Origin: Rotaria socialis
Taxonomy: Eukaryota
Assembly (NCBI GenBank): GCA_905331295.1
Contig: CAJNYD010000281.1
Span: 1 to 64,000 of the forward strand
Direction of reading: 5' to 3'
DNA length: 64,000 nucleotides
A program made the translations under genes and the position numbers. Each line of letters opens with the position of its first letter. Within the stretch, counting starts at the first letter, position 1. Below the pieces are notes generated by a model. That model searched no databases. It was not told the DNA's origin and saw nothing but the letters and a program-made list of their open reading frames with translations. Of the stretch, positions 61,180 through 64,000 are shown in pieces.

Positions 61180-64000
61180 TTTTTCTACTTGTACTTTTCA
61201 TACTTTTCTTCTCACCAAGTACAAGTATGAGTATTGACAGTTGTACGTACTACTTGAACTTGTACTTTGAGGTATATACTTTCAATCCTTGAATTTATTC
61301 ACAAAATAGACTCGAGTATGTTCTTCCTCAGCTTTGCAAATTTAACAGAAATCTTGCTCTTGAGCTTTGCTATTCATTTAGGAGTTAATAATCACATTTG
61401 AGGAATTTCGATGTCTTTCTCCCTTTCTTTCTTTCTTTCTGAATATTCTTATTAATTGATCAAGTGTGAGTTTTTTTTATCTAAATTTTAAAATAAATTT
61501 CATGATCGTCTTTCGTAATACTACTCTACATTTTTTCGTAACCATTCTACAACAGAACATATTATAAAGAGCAATATATAAAAAATTCATCAAATTTGTA
61601 AAAACGAACTATGGAAACATAAAACTGAACAGTCATTTGATTATCAATTGAGCCACTGAATTCATTGCTAAATCAAGCTTTCATTCATTCGCAAGAATAC
61701 CAAATTTCGAAATACTTCTTCACGCATTGATGTTCGTCTTGGTGACATGATGATGCCTGCTCGACTAAAAACTCGCTCAATTGGCGCTGAGGTTGCTTGT
61801 ATCGAGTATACGCGTTTGACTACATTCTTTAAAGTGTGTAGTTGCGAATTTTTCCAATATAGAGAAAAATTGCAACGTAAAGGGTCATTCAAATACGCGT
61901 TTATCTCATTCATGGGACTTTTAAGTGAATTAGGTGATACATTACAACCATTGCTGTCATCATCATATTGGAAAAGTTTACGTTTTTTATCAGTTGTAGT
62001 TCTAGTCGACTGAACCACCGAATCATTCATATCAATAGACCTTGACGAAAATGATGATAATGTCTCTCGAAGATTATTCGATGATCGATTTTGTCCATAG
62101 TCGCATTCATCTAACACCATCTGAATGAGTGATTCCTTCATCTTTGATTCACAAGCTGGACTGTACTTCATCTGACGGAGCCAATACAGTTTGAATTCAG
62201 GATCTAGGAATGTGCAAACGAAATAGATATGGTCTGAGAATCGATCATTTGCATTAACACTCTGCTGATGTAAACGTTTGACGATTCCAGCAAATCGTCT
62301 ATGGATAGATTGTTCCAGTTGTATACACATTGATTTCAATATTCTCAAATTTGTCTTCATCACATTCACATGATCAAGTAAATGTACCACCGACGGAACG
62401 ACAAGACTGGCAGTTACGACTGATTGGGATTGTACACGAACAGTAATTTCAGCAAATGGTTCCAATAGTTCAACAGCCTCTTGCAATACAATAAAATCAT
62501 TATTATTAAACTTCACTTCATTGTCTTCGAGTATTTCTGTAATATCATCGACATTGGCCTTCTCGAGACTAAGTATTGACTTCATTAGAAGATATTCTGA
62601 ACTCCATCGTGTCACCGTACGTTGACTTATTGATTTACCAATATCATCAAGAAGATCAGCTATCTTCGTGGACTTGTGAGACCATTCGGCTAACTTGATA
62701 CATTTGAGTAAACATTTAGATAAACACGGGACATTTGCTACTCCATCGCGTACAGTCAATTGAAGACTATGTGCAAAGCAGGATAATCGGCTTGCAATGT
62801 TGCCATCAACATCATTCGAATCGTGCTCGTTTTCATGCCAATCGGTTAGAGTCCAACGACGTAAAAAGTCAGAAGCGTCATCACTAGATTCAACTGATTC
62901 GTAATGTTCTTCTTCATCATTATCATGGTTGATAAGAATGTCATGAGAATTACTAACTATTAAACCAAATTTGTACGCTTTTATCATAGACGCCGCATTG
63001 TCCGTAATAATTCTGTACACTTTGTGCGTTATCTACGATCAGGAAAGAGAAAGAATAACTTATCACATGCGATCCAACTAATTCGTTTCTGTTTCTATTT
63101 ATTATTCTCCTGAAAATGTGTACTCTGACTAACCTGTAGCCCTTCTAGTATTTTTTCCGTCATATTCCGAACATTGTCTCCAGTATGTGATCCTTTTAGA
63201 CGGCAAAAATCCAAAAGGAAAGCTTGTGGAATGTAATTGGAATCTATAAAATGACCTGTTAAGCCAAGAAACGATTTGGCACGTCGATCAGTCCAAATAT
63301 CTACAGTGATACTTAAATGAGTAACATCATCCAGGAGACATTTCATTTTATTTTGAGCCTTATCGAATAACAATGGCAACAGCTTATTTGTAAAATATCG
63401 TGAAGATGTTGACTTCCACTTCGGAGCTAATGTTTTCAAAAAGTTTCTAAAATTCGCATGCTCAATGATTGAGAGTGGCAAGTTACATTTGATGATCAGC
63501 TGTTCTAAAATAGCTTCATTGATTTTCTTCATATAATTCGTGGTATTTTCCAGGTCGTCATCCTCGTCATTTGCCAATGAAGTAATGCTTTTTGAATATC
63601 TGAATTTTTCATATTGAATATTATGTTTCCGTTTGAGGTGCTTATGAAAGTTGCCTGTTGATCCAATCTTGTCCAAGTAATGTTTTTCACATATCGTGCA
63701 TTGAGCAGAGACAGTGTTGTTGTTTGGACATGCGAAGATGAAAAACTCTTTTATTACGTTCATATAAAACAGCAAAAAATGGAATTCAAATAAGATTTTG
63801 GAAAATTTTCACGAATGTATACAAAACTTACGTTGAACATACGAAAGCTCATTTTCGTACATCCAGACGTAGAATGGTTTTACTGGTGTATTGGTAAAAG
63901 TATGCTAAACGTACTGTTTTCTTTTCGATCTATCCCTGGATTGACTTTTTACAAACCGTATTTTTTTAAAAGAATAAGTATAAGTACAAAGTATATTGTT
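61180..64000 (-). mobile_element. hAT DNA transposon, ends unresolved; runs off the window
   Basis: Transposase flanked by inverted tacttgtact/aagtaca motif clusters at ~61185-61270 and ~63975-63995. Confidence 0.6.
61668..63862 (-). CDS. hAT-superfamily transposase with BED zinc finger, 3 exons
   Basis: BED CTIC...STGNFHKHLKRKH; D (TVDIWTD), D (ITDNAASM), CFAH, TRWSS, FLDP, E (SAPIERVFS); intron 63133-63033 in frame; first exon (63862-63832) tentative. Confidence 0.9.

Overview
AT-rich, intron-containing eukaryotic DNA, most consistent with a (sub)telomeric or formerly telomeric region of a bdelloid rotifer (inference from element type and TGWGGG repeats). It is dominated by chained Athena/terminon-type Penelope-like retroelements, all on the minus strand. 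Their 3' ends carry short tandem pLTRs with hammerhead ribozymes joined to G-rich telomeric repeats. (1) 1-6.0 kb: a coiled-coil gene plus an intact 8-exon endonuclease-less Athena RT gene. (2) 6-22.5 kb: pLTR fragments with at least three hammerhead families, a ~180-bp tandem array, a decayed Ginger2/KRBA2-like integrase and an orphan ORF. (3) 22.6-48.5 kb: a ~26-kb terminon with about 18 co-oriented genes: one YIDD RT (one frameshift), two catalytically dead RT paralogs, one intact and one degenerate GIY-YIG gene, several coiled-coil genes and a cluster of small membrane proteins, one with a signal peptide and furin-type site. (4) 49-64 kb: a divergent 4-exon gene, an acidic ORF, repeats, a three-gene A-B/B/A paralog cluster, a hAT-type MITE and an intact-looking hAT transposase. 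Terminons as a class are already described. The less familiar points are U3-A8 variant hammerheads, a splice acceptor before nearly every ORF, and the fusogen-like membrane cassette. All exon models were derived by hand from GT-AG sites and reading frame.
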